The notes under the pieces were generated by a model. It made no database searches, was not told the origin of the DNA, and saw only the letters and a list, made by a program, of their open reading frames with translations. From Bacteroidota bacterium (GTDB lineage: Bacteria > Bacteroidota > Bacteroidia > Cytophagales > Cyclobacteriaceae): DNA of 64,000 nucleotides. Each line of letters starts with the position of its first letter. Positions within the stretch are counted from its first letter, which is position 1. The stretch is from the NCBI GenBank assembly GCA_038043425.1, contig JBBTBZ010000013.1:6197-70196 (forward strand). Direction: 5' to 3'. Positions 50,201 to 57,845 of this stretch are shown piece after piece. Made by a program: the position numbers and the translations under genes.

Positions 50201-50449
50201 TTGGCACATGGGACAGCGAGGATAAAAAACGGAGCGGAAGAAGTTGGTGTGCTTAAACAAGGCGATGTCTTTGGGGATCTGTTTCAGGAAGGCCCTTCTC
50301 AAAAGGTCACCGAAGTGGAGGCAACCGAACGAACAGTGATATTTAAAATCAACCTCGTGGATTTCTATTTTGTACTTGCCAATCATCATGATCTGGTACA
50401 GGGACTTATAAAAAATGTGACGGGCACGCGTGTGAAGCAAACAGTATAG
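47294..50449 (+). CDS. Fusion protein: ~12-TM ATP/ADP-translocase-like (TLC/MFS) membrane domain + HEAT repeats + cyclic-nucleotide-binding (CAP_ED-like) domain
   Basis: Hydrophobic segments span roughly 47340-48560. HEAT/PBS-lyase-like repeats (LLEMLRDPDPKVRNEAL..) span roughly 48940-49330. The C-terminal beta-roll (LPVFKGISGNL...GDVFGDLF...ATERTVIF) spans roughly 50045-50430. Confidence 0.7.
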   Translation: MKQRILKFLDVEPEESAPVFLLLAISFMLGMFLATVTVASQSLFLTHFSETKDLPVALVISGVLGLGATAIYNFLQGRIPFRFLALGSLSIVLALTAFIEFGDSFVEDVNFLYYYGFTLILPFTFICLLVFWGAFERMFNLRQSKRIIGSVDLGTMVAQILAFFTIPVLLQIGIPVTTLYTIGLFSITGYFLLFFVLSNRFLGAAASAASEKFHQKITAVQLFNNKYIIWMSLFIIVSLVALRFIDYSFFNVSTQRFDNERLPYFLSLFEATIVIFSFLFTTFGTDRILQDYGLRVSLLITPLLLILFTGGAFALGLAFGFDVSKEGNVIFFFIMVAMSKLFINSLRDALDSPVFKFYYVPIDKTIKLDAQTKLEGFVTALGSTIAGGLIVLINQFKIFDLLSITMFTIPVLVVWYLVTNKMYSGYRSTLQNSLVKNKTTVDKDHVREYTMDSVLEKEVRSTAEEKVIYGLRLTEKLEPALFENSIISLVESKLKKVKQFAQDKIQQLGLTPESEIHGLAKRAAGELEDSDLLSISPEKLMKLSKSVKQTDRLLAAKLLRKLISPKTIFILLEMLRDPDPKVRNEALLTARKVKRPETWNVLVELLASPSYSSQAASALKEAGQPALLYLETAFHKSGQSDLVMLKIVSIIGHIGGKEGMELLWKKVDYPDKRIVKQILYSFRYIDYHAKGREVLAVKDLLDVEMSKTLWNLAALEELPALPHFEFLREALKEEIRDNYDHLALLLSLLYDSESVQLVKENIETGTPDSISYALELLDLFVDQDLKPKLIPLLDDSKLLDKLEKLQTYFPRESYNPVQVINYILNRDFNYNNRWTKLCAVHASAYIPDFRVSRGLISQMFNQDKLLQETAAWVIYNKDKTIYPVISERLPLKDKKFLDSAIENNQLLDGLDDGFFLGFEMVLFIKQLPVFKGISGNLVSDLADKIIPVTLNAKDKLVLNEVDDNQPILILAHGTARIKNGAEEVGVLKQGDVFGDLFQEGPSQKVTEVEATERTVIFKINLVDFYFVLANHHDLVQGLIKNVTGTRVKQTV

Positions 50450-50482
50450 GGAAGTTGAATTGAGAATTTTGGGATTAGCATA

Positions 50483-50504
50483 GTGATTTGAATTCTGAAA
50501 TCAC
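50483..50504 (+). other. Intergenic hairpin without U-tract
   Basis: GTGATTT / AAATCAC 7-bp stem with an 8-nt loop, in the 93-bp spacer between the cNMP-domain gene and the TIR-like gene. Confidence 0.35.
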
Positions 50505-50542
50505 AAATTAAAAACAGGCAAAGGAAATAAACTTACGTAACG

Positions 50543-51985
50543 ATGGCTTTTGAAATAGACGTTCTCATCACTTTCGCAGACAAAGACAATGAAACTGCAA
50601 AGAAGAATGAAGCTGGCTGGGTATCGCAATTCAAGAAATTTTTGGAGCTGATGCTCTATCAAGTGCTGGGCGAGAAACCAAACATCCTGTTAAAGGGAGA
50701 ATATGATTCTGTAACTGCCGCTACATTGGACAATGCTGCTGTTCTGGTCACTATTCTTTCAAAAGACTTCGTGCAGTCGGGCAGATGCTTAGATACTGTG
50801 GAGGGATTCTACAAAGCAACCGCTTCATCAAAAGTAAACCGCGTTTTCAAAGTTTTAAAATCCCCCCTCTCCAATCAGGAACATCCTCCCCGCTTACGCG
50901 ATCTGCTGGGATACGACATGTTCCAGTTAGATACAGAAACAGGTTCCATGAAGGAATATTCTGATTTCTTTAGTCTGGAAGCTGAAAAACAATATTGGAT
51001 GAAGATGGTTGACCTTGCTTATGATATACACGAATCACTTCTGCTACTCAGGCAAGGTGAGACAAAATCAGAAGTGAAAAACATCTTTAAAAGAAAGACT
51101 ATCTATCTGGCAGAAACCGGACACGACATATCTGTTCAGCGAAACATCATCAAACGCGAACTTTTGCGTCACGGGTATATTGTGTTACCCAAGCAAACAT
51201 TACCGCAACGTCTCTCTGAACTGGAAACCATGGTGAAGAAAGATCTGGAAGATTGTAGTCTCTCCATTCACTTAATCGGAAGCTCCTATGGAGAAATTCC
51301 GGAAGGCGCGGATCGCTCATTGGTAGACATTCAAAACCAGCTGGCAGCAGAACAAAGCCTGGTGAAAAAACAAAAAAAAGAGGAGTTTGGCCGGTTAATT
51401 TGGATCGCTCCAAACCTCAAGAATGCCAGCGACAAACAAAAATCTTTTATTGATAGCATCAAACGTGATGTGGAAGCCCAGGAAGGGGCTGAGATTCTTC
51501 AGAATCCGCTGGAGGATTTTAAGAACATCATGCGTGAAGAATTATTGGAGTCCCTCGAGAGAAAAGACCCCGATGATTACACAGGCAAATCGATATATGT
51601 AGTACATGACCGGATGGACGATCAGGAGGTTAGACCATTCAAAGAAGCGATTGAAAAATCCGGGTTTAGAATTCTGACACCGGCATTCGAAGGTGAACTC
51701 CTGGACGTGAGGAAAAATCACATTGAGAACCTCAAAAATCTGGACGGAGCGATCATCTTTAAAGGCAAAGTAAATGATCAGTGGGTAAGAATGAAGGCGT
51801 TGGATTTATTGAAGGCACCAGGGTTTGGAAGAAAAAAACCAATCCTTGGAAAAGCTATTGTGTCATCCTCCTCCAACAGCGTTGAGCTGGAAACTTTTAA
51901 GAGTCAGAATATGACCGTTATTTCCGGAGATCAGAATAAAAGGATGGAGTCCTTAAAAATGTTTTTAGAAGAATTTAAAGCATAA
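50543..51985 (+). CDS. Triple-module TIR / DUF4062 / TIR-like domain protein
   Basis: Module 1 starts at residue 1 (FEIDVLITFADKD...ILSKDFVQSGRCLDTVE). Module 2 starts at residue ~185 (KTIYLAETGHD...DCSLSIHLIGSSYG, DUF4062-like). Module 3 starts at residue ~349 (KSIYVVHDRMDD...LDGAIIF). No signal peptide or TM segment. Confidence 0.55.
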   Translation: MAFEIDVLITFADKDNETAKKNEAGWVSQFKKFLELMLYQVLGEKPNILLKGEYDSVTAATLDNAAVLVTILSKDFVQSGRCLDTVEGFYKATASSKVNRVFKVLKSPLSNQEHPPRLRDLLGYDMFQLDTETGSMKEYSDFFSLEAEKQYWMKMVDLAYDIHESLLLLRQGETKSEVKNIFKRKTIYLAETGHDISVQRNIIKRELLRHGYIVLPKQTLPQRLSELETMVKKDLEDCSLSIHLIGSSYGEIPEGADRSLVDIQNQLAAEQSLVKKQKKEEFGRLIWIAPNLKNASDKQKSFIDSIKRDVEAQEGAEILQNPLEDFKNIMREELLESLERKDPDDYTGKSIYVVHDRMDDQEVRPFKEAIEKSGFRILTPAFEGELLDVRKNHIENLKNLDGAIIFKGKVNDQWVRMKALDLLKAPGFGRKKPILGKAIVSSSSNSVELETFKSQNMTVISGDQNKRMESLKMFLEEFKA

Positions 51986-51990
51986 ATACT

Positions 51991-54900
51991 ATGAGCAAGT
52001 CAACTGAAGAAATGAAAGGTGCTTCCACCCAGGTTGGGGTGGATAACCCATTCCCCGGACTTCGTCCTTTCAAAATAGAGGAAAGTCACCTCTTTTTTGG
52101 ACGAGAGGGACAGAGTGACGAAGTCTTGCTAAAACTTTCCAAGAGCCGGTTTGTTGGTGTTATCGGTCCTTCAGGAAGTGGTAAGTCTTCATTCATTTAC
52201 TGTGGGGTGTTGCCCATTTTATATGGAGGCTTTTTAACAGACACCAGTCCTAACTGGGAGGTAGTAGTCACCCGCCCTGGTGCAGGCCCAATCGATAATC
52301 TTGCAGAGTCACTACTCAAGACGTCAAAGGAATACAACAGTGCCGATCCGGATGATCGCAAGATCAAACGTACCATTGTTTCTACTTTATTGAGAAGTAG
52401 TTCCCTGGGTTTGGTAGAAGCCATTCAGCAATCAAGAAGATCTTCGGATGTCAATTACCTGATTCTGGTAGACCAGTTTGAGGAATTGTTCCGCTTCAAA
52501 GATAGTACTGATCCTAACTCTGTAAACGAGACCCTTGCTTTCGTCAACCTGTTGATGGAGGCCATCAACTATACCGACAATCCAATCTACGTAGCCATCA
52601 CCATGCGTTCAGATTTTATCGGTGATTGTTCACAGTTTCCTGAATTAACACGCAAGATCAACGACAGCCATTACCTGATTCCTCAAATGACCCGCGAACA
52701 AAAGCGCAGGGCCATTGAAGGACCCGTGGCAGTTGGTGGCGCTCAGATTTCTCCTCGTCTTGTTCAACAATTATTAAATGACCTGGGAGATAATCCAGAT
52801 CAGCTTCCTATTCTCCAGCACGCCCTTATGCGCACATGGAGTTATTGGGCTAATTACAAAGACTACGATGAGGAAAATGTAGACCTCAAGCATTATGAAG
52901 CCATTGGAACCATGGCTGAAGCGTTGTCGCAGCACGCGAACGAAGCATATGATGAATTGGATGAGGACCAGAAACGGATTTGTGAAATCATATTCAAAGC
53001 GATAACTGAAAAACGAGGTGAGAACTTTGGTATACGCAGGCCTACGCGCTTAAATGAGATCGCATCCATTGCCGATGTTTCCGAAGCAGATGTGATAGAA
53101 GTGCTGGAGAAATTCCGCGAGCCCGGCAGATCACTCCTCACACCAGCTTATGGGACCACATTAGGTTCCAAATCAATGATCGACATCTCGCATGAAAGTT
53201 TGATGCGGATTTGGGTACGCTTAAAGAACTGGGTGGATGATGAAGCAGATGCGGTGCAAATGTATTTGCGTCTGGCGGAAGCGGCTTCCATGTACCAGGT
53301 AGGTAAGGCAGGCCTATGGAGGCCACCGGATTTACAACTTGCACTCAACTGGCAGGTTAAGCACAAGCCAACTTTAGTTTGGGGCCAGCGCTATCATCCG
53401 GCTTTTGAACGTACGATGATCTTCCTCGAATACTCCAAAAAGGAATTCGAGACCGAGCAACGTATAAAGGAACTAGAGCAGAAAAGAAAACTACAACGCG
53501 CCCGTACAGTAGCGTTGGTATTAGGCGCATTCCTGGTGTTGGCTTTGGTGGCTGTGGTGTATGCGTTTGTTCAGCAAACAGAGGCGAACCGTCAACGAGA
53601 GTTGGCTGATGCAAATGCTAAGGAAGCTTTGGTGCAATCTGAATTAGCTAAAAGTGAGGCGGTACGCGCAAATGCTGCGGCTGAAGAAGCTAAAAGAGCT
53701 CAGGCTGAGGCTGAAACAGCAAGAATAGCAGCTGATAAAAGTGCCGCTGAAGCCATTGCCGCTCAGAAAATAGCGGAAGAGCAAAGGCAGTTAGCAATCC
53801 TTCAAGAGCAAAAGGCTTTAAAGAATGAGAAGACGGCAAAAGAGCAAACTAAGATTGCGCAAGAACAAAAAATAATTGCCGATAAAAACGCTGCTGCAGC
53901 TCTCCGTCAGCAATACTTATCAACTGCCAAATCGATGGCCCTGAAGTCAAAGGAACTTACCAATGACGTTGAGCAAGAATCTTTGATTGCACAGCAGGCC
54001 TATCTCTTTAATAAAGCCAATACCGGATATCCGTATGACAATGATATTTATAATGGTCTGTCAAAGGCGCTAAGTCAAAACAAAGATCCACTTACACTGA
54101 ATCTTGAAGGTCACGACAAAGGTGCCGCAAGAGCCTTGGTGGCACACGAAAAAGCGAATCATATCTATAGCGGAGGAAGCGATGGAAGAATTATTCAGTG
54201 GAGCCTGGTTGATAATAAATGGACACCAACTGAATTGGTGGCCTTTAGAGGCGATGTCTATCAGGTTTTTGCTATGGATGTTAGCCCGGACGGACGATGG
54301 CTGGCAGCAGGTGGCTTGGCTGCTGGTGATGCTTCCAAAAATTATGTTGAGCTCTACGACCTTCAAAACATGACGGCACCACCTAAAACGATTAATGGAT
54401 TTGTTTACAATGTGGATGATATTGATTTCACTGTGGACAGTAAAGGATTCTATGCACGCGACAATGCCGGACATAGTATTAAATATTCAGATCTGACAAC
54501 GGCAAGAGAAGTAATCACTGCGAAAGAAAAGATTACAGATATTGCCCTTAGTCCCGATGGCACCAGAATTGCCGGCACAGGAAGTAATGGTATCCTCTAC
54601 TCGTGGGACGTGACTAATAATTTTTCTGCGAAAGAGGTATTTAAAAACCCCTCTGGGGCGGAACTCACTACGCTCGCCTATGCCCCTGATAAAACCAGGA
54701 GAATAATCGTTGGAGATAATGCGGGGCTTATACGGATAGTGACTGAGGATACTAATTTACCTCCACGTATTCTTTCGGGCCACACCGCCCATATTGAACA
54801 AATCCATTTCAACCATGCCGGAAAGTTCGTGGCTACCACCAGCCGTGACAGAACAGTGAGGTTATGGAACTGGGAAAAGTTGAATGAGCAACCGATTGTG

Positions 54901-55164
54901 CTTAGCGACCATGCCGACTGGGTATGGAGTGCAACCTTTTCACCCAATGACGAGCAATTGCTGGTAGGCATCAATAGCAGTAGTAGCAATGCCGCCAAGG
55001 CAAATGAAACCATTCACGCCTGGCCTACTGAAATTGAAAGCATGTCGGGGCTATTGTGCAAATATGTGAAGCGCAATATCAACAAGGAAGAATGGGATGT
55101 GTATGTAAGTACTGACCTTCCCTATGAGAAAACGTGTGACAATTATCCAGCGAATAATAAGTAA
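51991..55164 (+). CDS. STAND-type P-loop NTPase - single TM helix - coiled coil - WD40 repeat protein
   Basis: Lead-in NPFPGLRPFKIEESHLFFGRE. Walker A GPSGSGKSS (52165-52191) and Walker B LILVDQFEE (52456-52485). HESLMRIWVRLKNWV helix. TM VALVLGAFLVLALVAVVYAFV (53509-53571). A/E/K/Q-rich coil (~53578-53950). At least 6 WD40-like blades (~54100-55020; e.g. LSGHTAHIEQIHFNHAGKFVATTSRDRTVRLWNW). Confidence 0.75.
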   Translation: MSKSTEEMKGASTQVGVDNPFPGLRPFKIEESHLFFGREGQSDEVLLKLSKSRFVGVIGPSGSGKSSFIYCGVLPILYGGFLTDTSPNWEVVVTRPGAGPIDNLAESLLKTSKEYNSADPDDRKIKRTIVSTLLRSSSLGLVEAIQQSRRSSDVNYLILVDQFEELFRFKDSTDPNSVNETLAFVNLLMEAINYTDNPIYVAITMRSDFIGDCSQFPELTRKINDSHYLIPQMTREQKRRAIEGPVAVGGAQISPRLVQQLLNDLGDNPDQLPILQHALMRTWSYWANYKDYDEENVDLKHYEAIGTMAEALSQHANEAYDELDEDQKRICEIIFKAITEKRGENFGIRRPTRLNEIASIADVSEADVIEVLEKFREPGRSLLTPAYGTTLGSKSMIDISHESLMRIWVRLKNWVDDEADAVQMYLRLAEAASMYQVGKAGLWRPPDLQLALNWQVKHKPTLVWGQRYHPAFERTMIFLEYSKKEFETEQRIKELEQKRKLQRARTVALVLGAFLVLALVAVVYAFVQQTEANRQRELADANAKEALVQSELAKSEAVRANAAAEEAKRAQAEAETARIAADKSAAEAIAAQKIAEEQRQLAILQEQKALKNEKTAKEQTKIAQEQKIIADKNAAAALRQQYLSTAKSMALKSKELTNDVEQESLIAQQAYLFNKANTGYPYDNDIYNGLSKALSQNKDPLTLNLEGHDKGAARALVAHEKANHIYSGGSDGRIIQWSLVDNKWTPTELVAFRGDVYQVFAMDVSPDGRWLAAGGLAAGDASKNYVELYDLQNMTAPPKTINGFVYNVDDIDFTVDSKGFYARDNAGHSIKYSDLTTAREVITAKEKITDIALSPDGTRIAGTGSNGILYSWDVTNNFSAKEVFKNPSGAELTTLAYAPDKTRRIIVGDNAGLIRIVTEDTNLPPRILSGHTAHIEQIHFNHAGKFVATTSRDRTVRLWNWEKLNEQPIVLSDHADWVWSATFSPNDEQLLVGINSSSSNAAKANETIHAWPTEIESMSGLLCKYVKRNINKEEWDVYVSTDLPYEKTCDNYPANNK

Positions 55165-55189
55165 ATGGATTTAAACAAAACTGATAATT

Positions 55190-55335
55190 GGCCGTCATCG
55201 CGAGCCTGCCTGTCCGGTAGGCAGGTACCAGCTAAAGAAAGCGGGTGGGGCGAGGCGATCCCCTCAATCGGAGATTGCCCGCCCGGATGGTTCGGTCGGA
55301 CGGGCTTCGCGCTAACGCACAAATCTTCTGCAGAC
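55190..55335. repeat. GC-rich palindromic intergenic element
   Basis: A visibly GC-rich island in an AT-rich genome with three hairpins. These are CCTGCCT-N7-AGGCAGG (55205-55225), GGGG-N9-CCCC (55247-55263) and GCCCG..CGGGC (55277-55305). A related CCTACCTG-N4-CAGGCAGG hairpin recurs at 57846-57865. Confidence 0.45.
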
Positions 55336-55385
55336 GCTCGCAAAGACGTTTATTGTTTTTTTTTAGTTCTATAAATAATGATGAA

Positions 55386-56447
55386 ATGAGAAAAATAGTT
55401 GGCTTCGTTTTTTTATCTCTTATTTTCTTTTCAAACCATGTATTTGGGCAGGCCTCATCTTGTACCCAAACCCTCCGCCTTGTGCAGTCTACCTATGAGC
55501 AGGGACGATTGCACGAACTGGAAGGCTTAATGACTGCATGTCTTAAAAGTGGATTTGACGCGCAGCAAAAAGTATCGGCATACAAGTACCTCACCCTCGC
55601 TTACATCTACCTGGAAGAGCCTGAAAAAGCAGATGCCGCCATGCTGGAACTGCTAAACTCGGATCACTTCTTCAGTCCCAATGATGCCGTAGACCCAGCA
55701 GAGTTTATTGCCCTATACCGCAAATTCAGGGTTAATCCATTATTCCGCGTAGGATTCAGACTTGGCCCCTCGGCTACTATGCCCGCCATTCGAGAGACTT
55801 TTTATGTGGGTAGTAGTGCCCAGGGAAATGGCAAATTTGCTCCAAAGGTCGGGTTCTCATTGGGCCTGGTCTTTGAAAAGGACTTTCCTGCTTTTATCAA
55901 AAATTTCTCCATCGCGCCCGAAATAGTGTTCATCTCACGAAGCTACAATTACACTAATCCCACATTAGCGGTAAGTGATGAAACCGGAGCTACCACCATC
56001 TCACAGGATCAGAACCTGGTAAAACAGAATTGGCTTGACCTGAACCCGCTCATTCAGTACAAATTCAAAGAAAACAAGTTCAATCCATACGTTAGCATTG
56101 GCCCCGGTATCAGCTATTTGTTGAATTCTTCCTGGGAAATAGCTACCCAGGTGGAAGGTCAGGGTGCCGTTACCGGGTCAGCGGTAGACTCTAAAACCGT
56201 CTACAATCCCCTATCCTATTCCGTTATTGTGGCGGTGGGTTCAAAAATTCGGCTCGGAGGCTTTTACCTTACCGGGGATATCCGGTATCAATACGGACTT
56301 AACAACGTGGTGAATGAATCCAACCGAAGTAACAATGAAGCGCTTTTTGATTACGGATTCGTGCCACCCAATTACAGTCATAACAATTTAACCATCAATG
56401 CAGGCTTGGTGATTCCTTATTTTAGTCCTAAGAAATTGATCAACTAA
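55386..56447 (+). CDS. Outer-membrane beta-barrel protein with N-terminal helical (TPR-like) region
   Basis: ATG 55386 gives the signal MRKIVGFVFLSLIFFSNHVFGQ. A helical ~100 aa is followed by an alternating beta-strand pattern. The track's upstream extension crosses the GC-rich repeat and is not credible. Confidence 0.55.
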   Translation: MRKIVGFVFLSLIFFSNHVFGQASSCTQTLRLVQSTYEQGRLHELEGLMTACLKSGFDAQQKVSAYKYLTLAYIYLEEPEKADAAMLELLNSDHFFSPNDAVDPAEFIALYRKFRVNPLFRVGFRLGPSATMPAIRETFYVGSSAQGNGKFAPKVGFSLGLVFEKDFPAFIKNFSIAPEIVFISRSYNYTNPTLAVSDETGATTISQDQNLVKQNWLDLNPLIQYKFKENKFNPYVSIGPGISYLLNSSWEIATQVEGQGAVTGSAVDSKTVYNPLSYSVIVAVGSKIRLGGFYLTGDIRYQYGLNNVVNESNRSNNEALFDYGFVPPNYSHNNLTINAGLVIPYFSPKKLIN

Positions 56448-56550
56448 AGGTTAATATTTATAAACTGAATTTAATATGTCGTCAGACGTTTCATTTTCTT
56501 AACAAACAAGGCCACTTAGATAATACACTATTGAATTGAATTCTACCACG

Positions 56551-57765
56551 ATGAAAAAAATTCTTTACCTGTCACTAACTGCACTTCTTGCTTCTTGCCT
56601 ATCCGAAAAAAATGCCGACCCCGGCACACCCTCAACGTTTGTCCGCTATTTCAATGGAGGCAATAACGACTTCGCACAGTTAGCGGAAGAAACATCTGAT
56701 AAAGGAATTATCATCCTTGGGACTACAGAGATTACCGATGAAGATCTGACTAAACGATATAAAATTAAGCTTGTTAAAACAGATGAGTATGGAAATGTAA
56801 TCTGGAGCAATGTCTATCCTGCCGATTTCGCCAAGACGGCAGAAAATCTCAGAGGCCGTTCCTTACTTCAACTTGCCTCAGGAGGTTTCATCGTGATTGG
56901 AGAAAATGTGTTGCCCTCTAAGTCCGACATGCATATCATAGAAGTGAGCGCGGATGGTGCAATAGTCACCCAAAAAACAATCGACTTCGGTTCTACCTTG
57001 TCAATTCATGGAGCCGCTATTCAAGTAAACAGCAACGGTAATTACCTGGTGCTGGGAGCCATCGAGGATAACACAGACAATATGTTACTGGCAGAACTTG
57101 ACAAATCAAGTCTTGTTGTACTCTGGGCAAAAAAATACGGGGCAGGAACTTCTTCGCTTTCCGGTAAAATCTTCCTGGATGCTTCCGACAATGTTTTTTG
57201 GTCGGGCACCGTTACACGAAGTTCTTCTGATGTCCGCCTGGTGAAGACGGCCCAAAATTCTTTGAATACACTCTTTGATCTTCCCATTGGCGCACCGGAA
57301 TTTGAAGAAACCGGCAATGACATTTGCCGCTATGGCAACGGCTTTGCCGTAGTAGGAACCACCAACCAAACAACAATAGGTGACCAGGACATACTTTTTA
57401 AAATCCTGGCAGACGATGGCTCAGTGCTGTACAGCAACAATCTGGCTCCCTATGGATTCGGTGATACGGATGTAGGTAATTCTATCACCACCGTAAGAGG
57501 AGGCTTGGCTATTTTAGGAACGGCAAAAACGGTACCTGCGACTGAGGGCGGCCGAGGGCTCGAAGACTATTACCTCATTAAAGTGGACGCTTTCGGAAAT
57601 CAGGTATGGCCTGCCCCCCGGATCTTCGGCAGCAAAAACAAAGACACCGGTGCCAGCGTGCGCCAGATGTCTGATGGATCGTTGCTGGTGCTTGGCACAA
57701 CAGACTTTGGAGGGGTGAACACCATGATGTTGATGAAGACGGATAGCGAGGGGAACATAGAATAG
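56551..57765 (+). CDS. Lipoprotein with repeated propeller-like blades
   Basis: MKKILYLSLTALLASC lipobox. Recurring ...G..I.LGTT....D..L.K.D..GN..W... units. Confidence 0.6.
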   Translation: MKKILYLSLTALLASCLSEKNADPGTPSTFVRYFNGGNNDFAQLAEETSDKGIIILGTTEITDEDLTKRYKIKLVKTDEYGNVIWSNVYPADFAKTAENLRGRSLLQLASGGFIVIGENVLPSKSDMHIIEVSADGAIVTQKTIDFGSTLSIHGAAIQVNSNGNYLVLGAIEDNTDNMLLAELDKSSLVVLWAKKYGAGTSSLSGKIFLDASDNVFWSGTVTRSSSDVRLVKTAQNSLNTLFDLPIGAPEFEETGNDICRYGNGFAVVGTTNQTTIGDQDILFKILADDGSVLYSNNLAPYGFGDTDVGNSITTVRGGLAILGTAKTVPATEGGRGLEDYYLIKVDAFGNQVWPAPRIFGSKNKDTGASVRQMSDGSLLVLGTTDFGGVNTMMLMKTDSEGNIE

Positions 57766-57807
57766 AATAAGAGAAACGTAGAGTAAGAATAGTGTATCTC
57801 TAAGACT

Positions 57808-57839
57808 CCTTACCCTTCTCATTTAGGAGAAGGGTAAGG
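57808..57839 (+). terminator. Perfect 13-bp hairpin after the lipoprotein gene (no U-tract)
   Basis: CCTTACCCTTCTC - ATTTAG - GAGAAGGGTAAGG, 43 bp after stop 57765. Confidence 0.4.
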
Positions 57840-57845
57840 GTTGGG

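Noticed and set aside
55143-55374. ORFs 55165-55374 (+) and 55143-55343 (-), and the N-terminal extension of the 55245 ORF
   Set aside because: All lie in the GC-rich palindromic element. Their Arg/Gly/Pro/Ala-rich translations look like repeat artefacts. The downstream protein has a clean signal peptide from ATG 55386.
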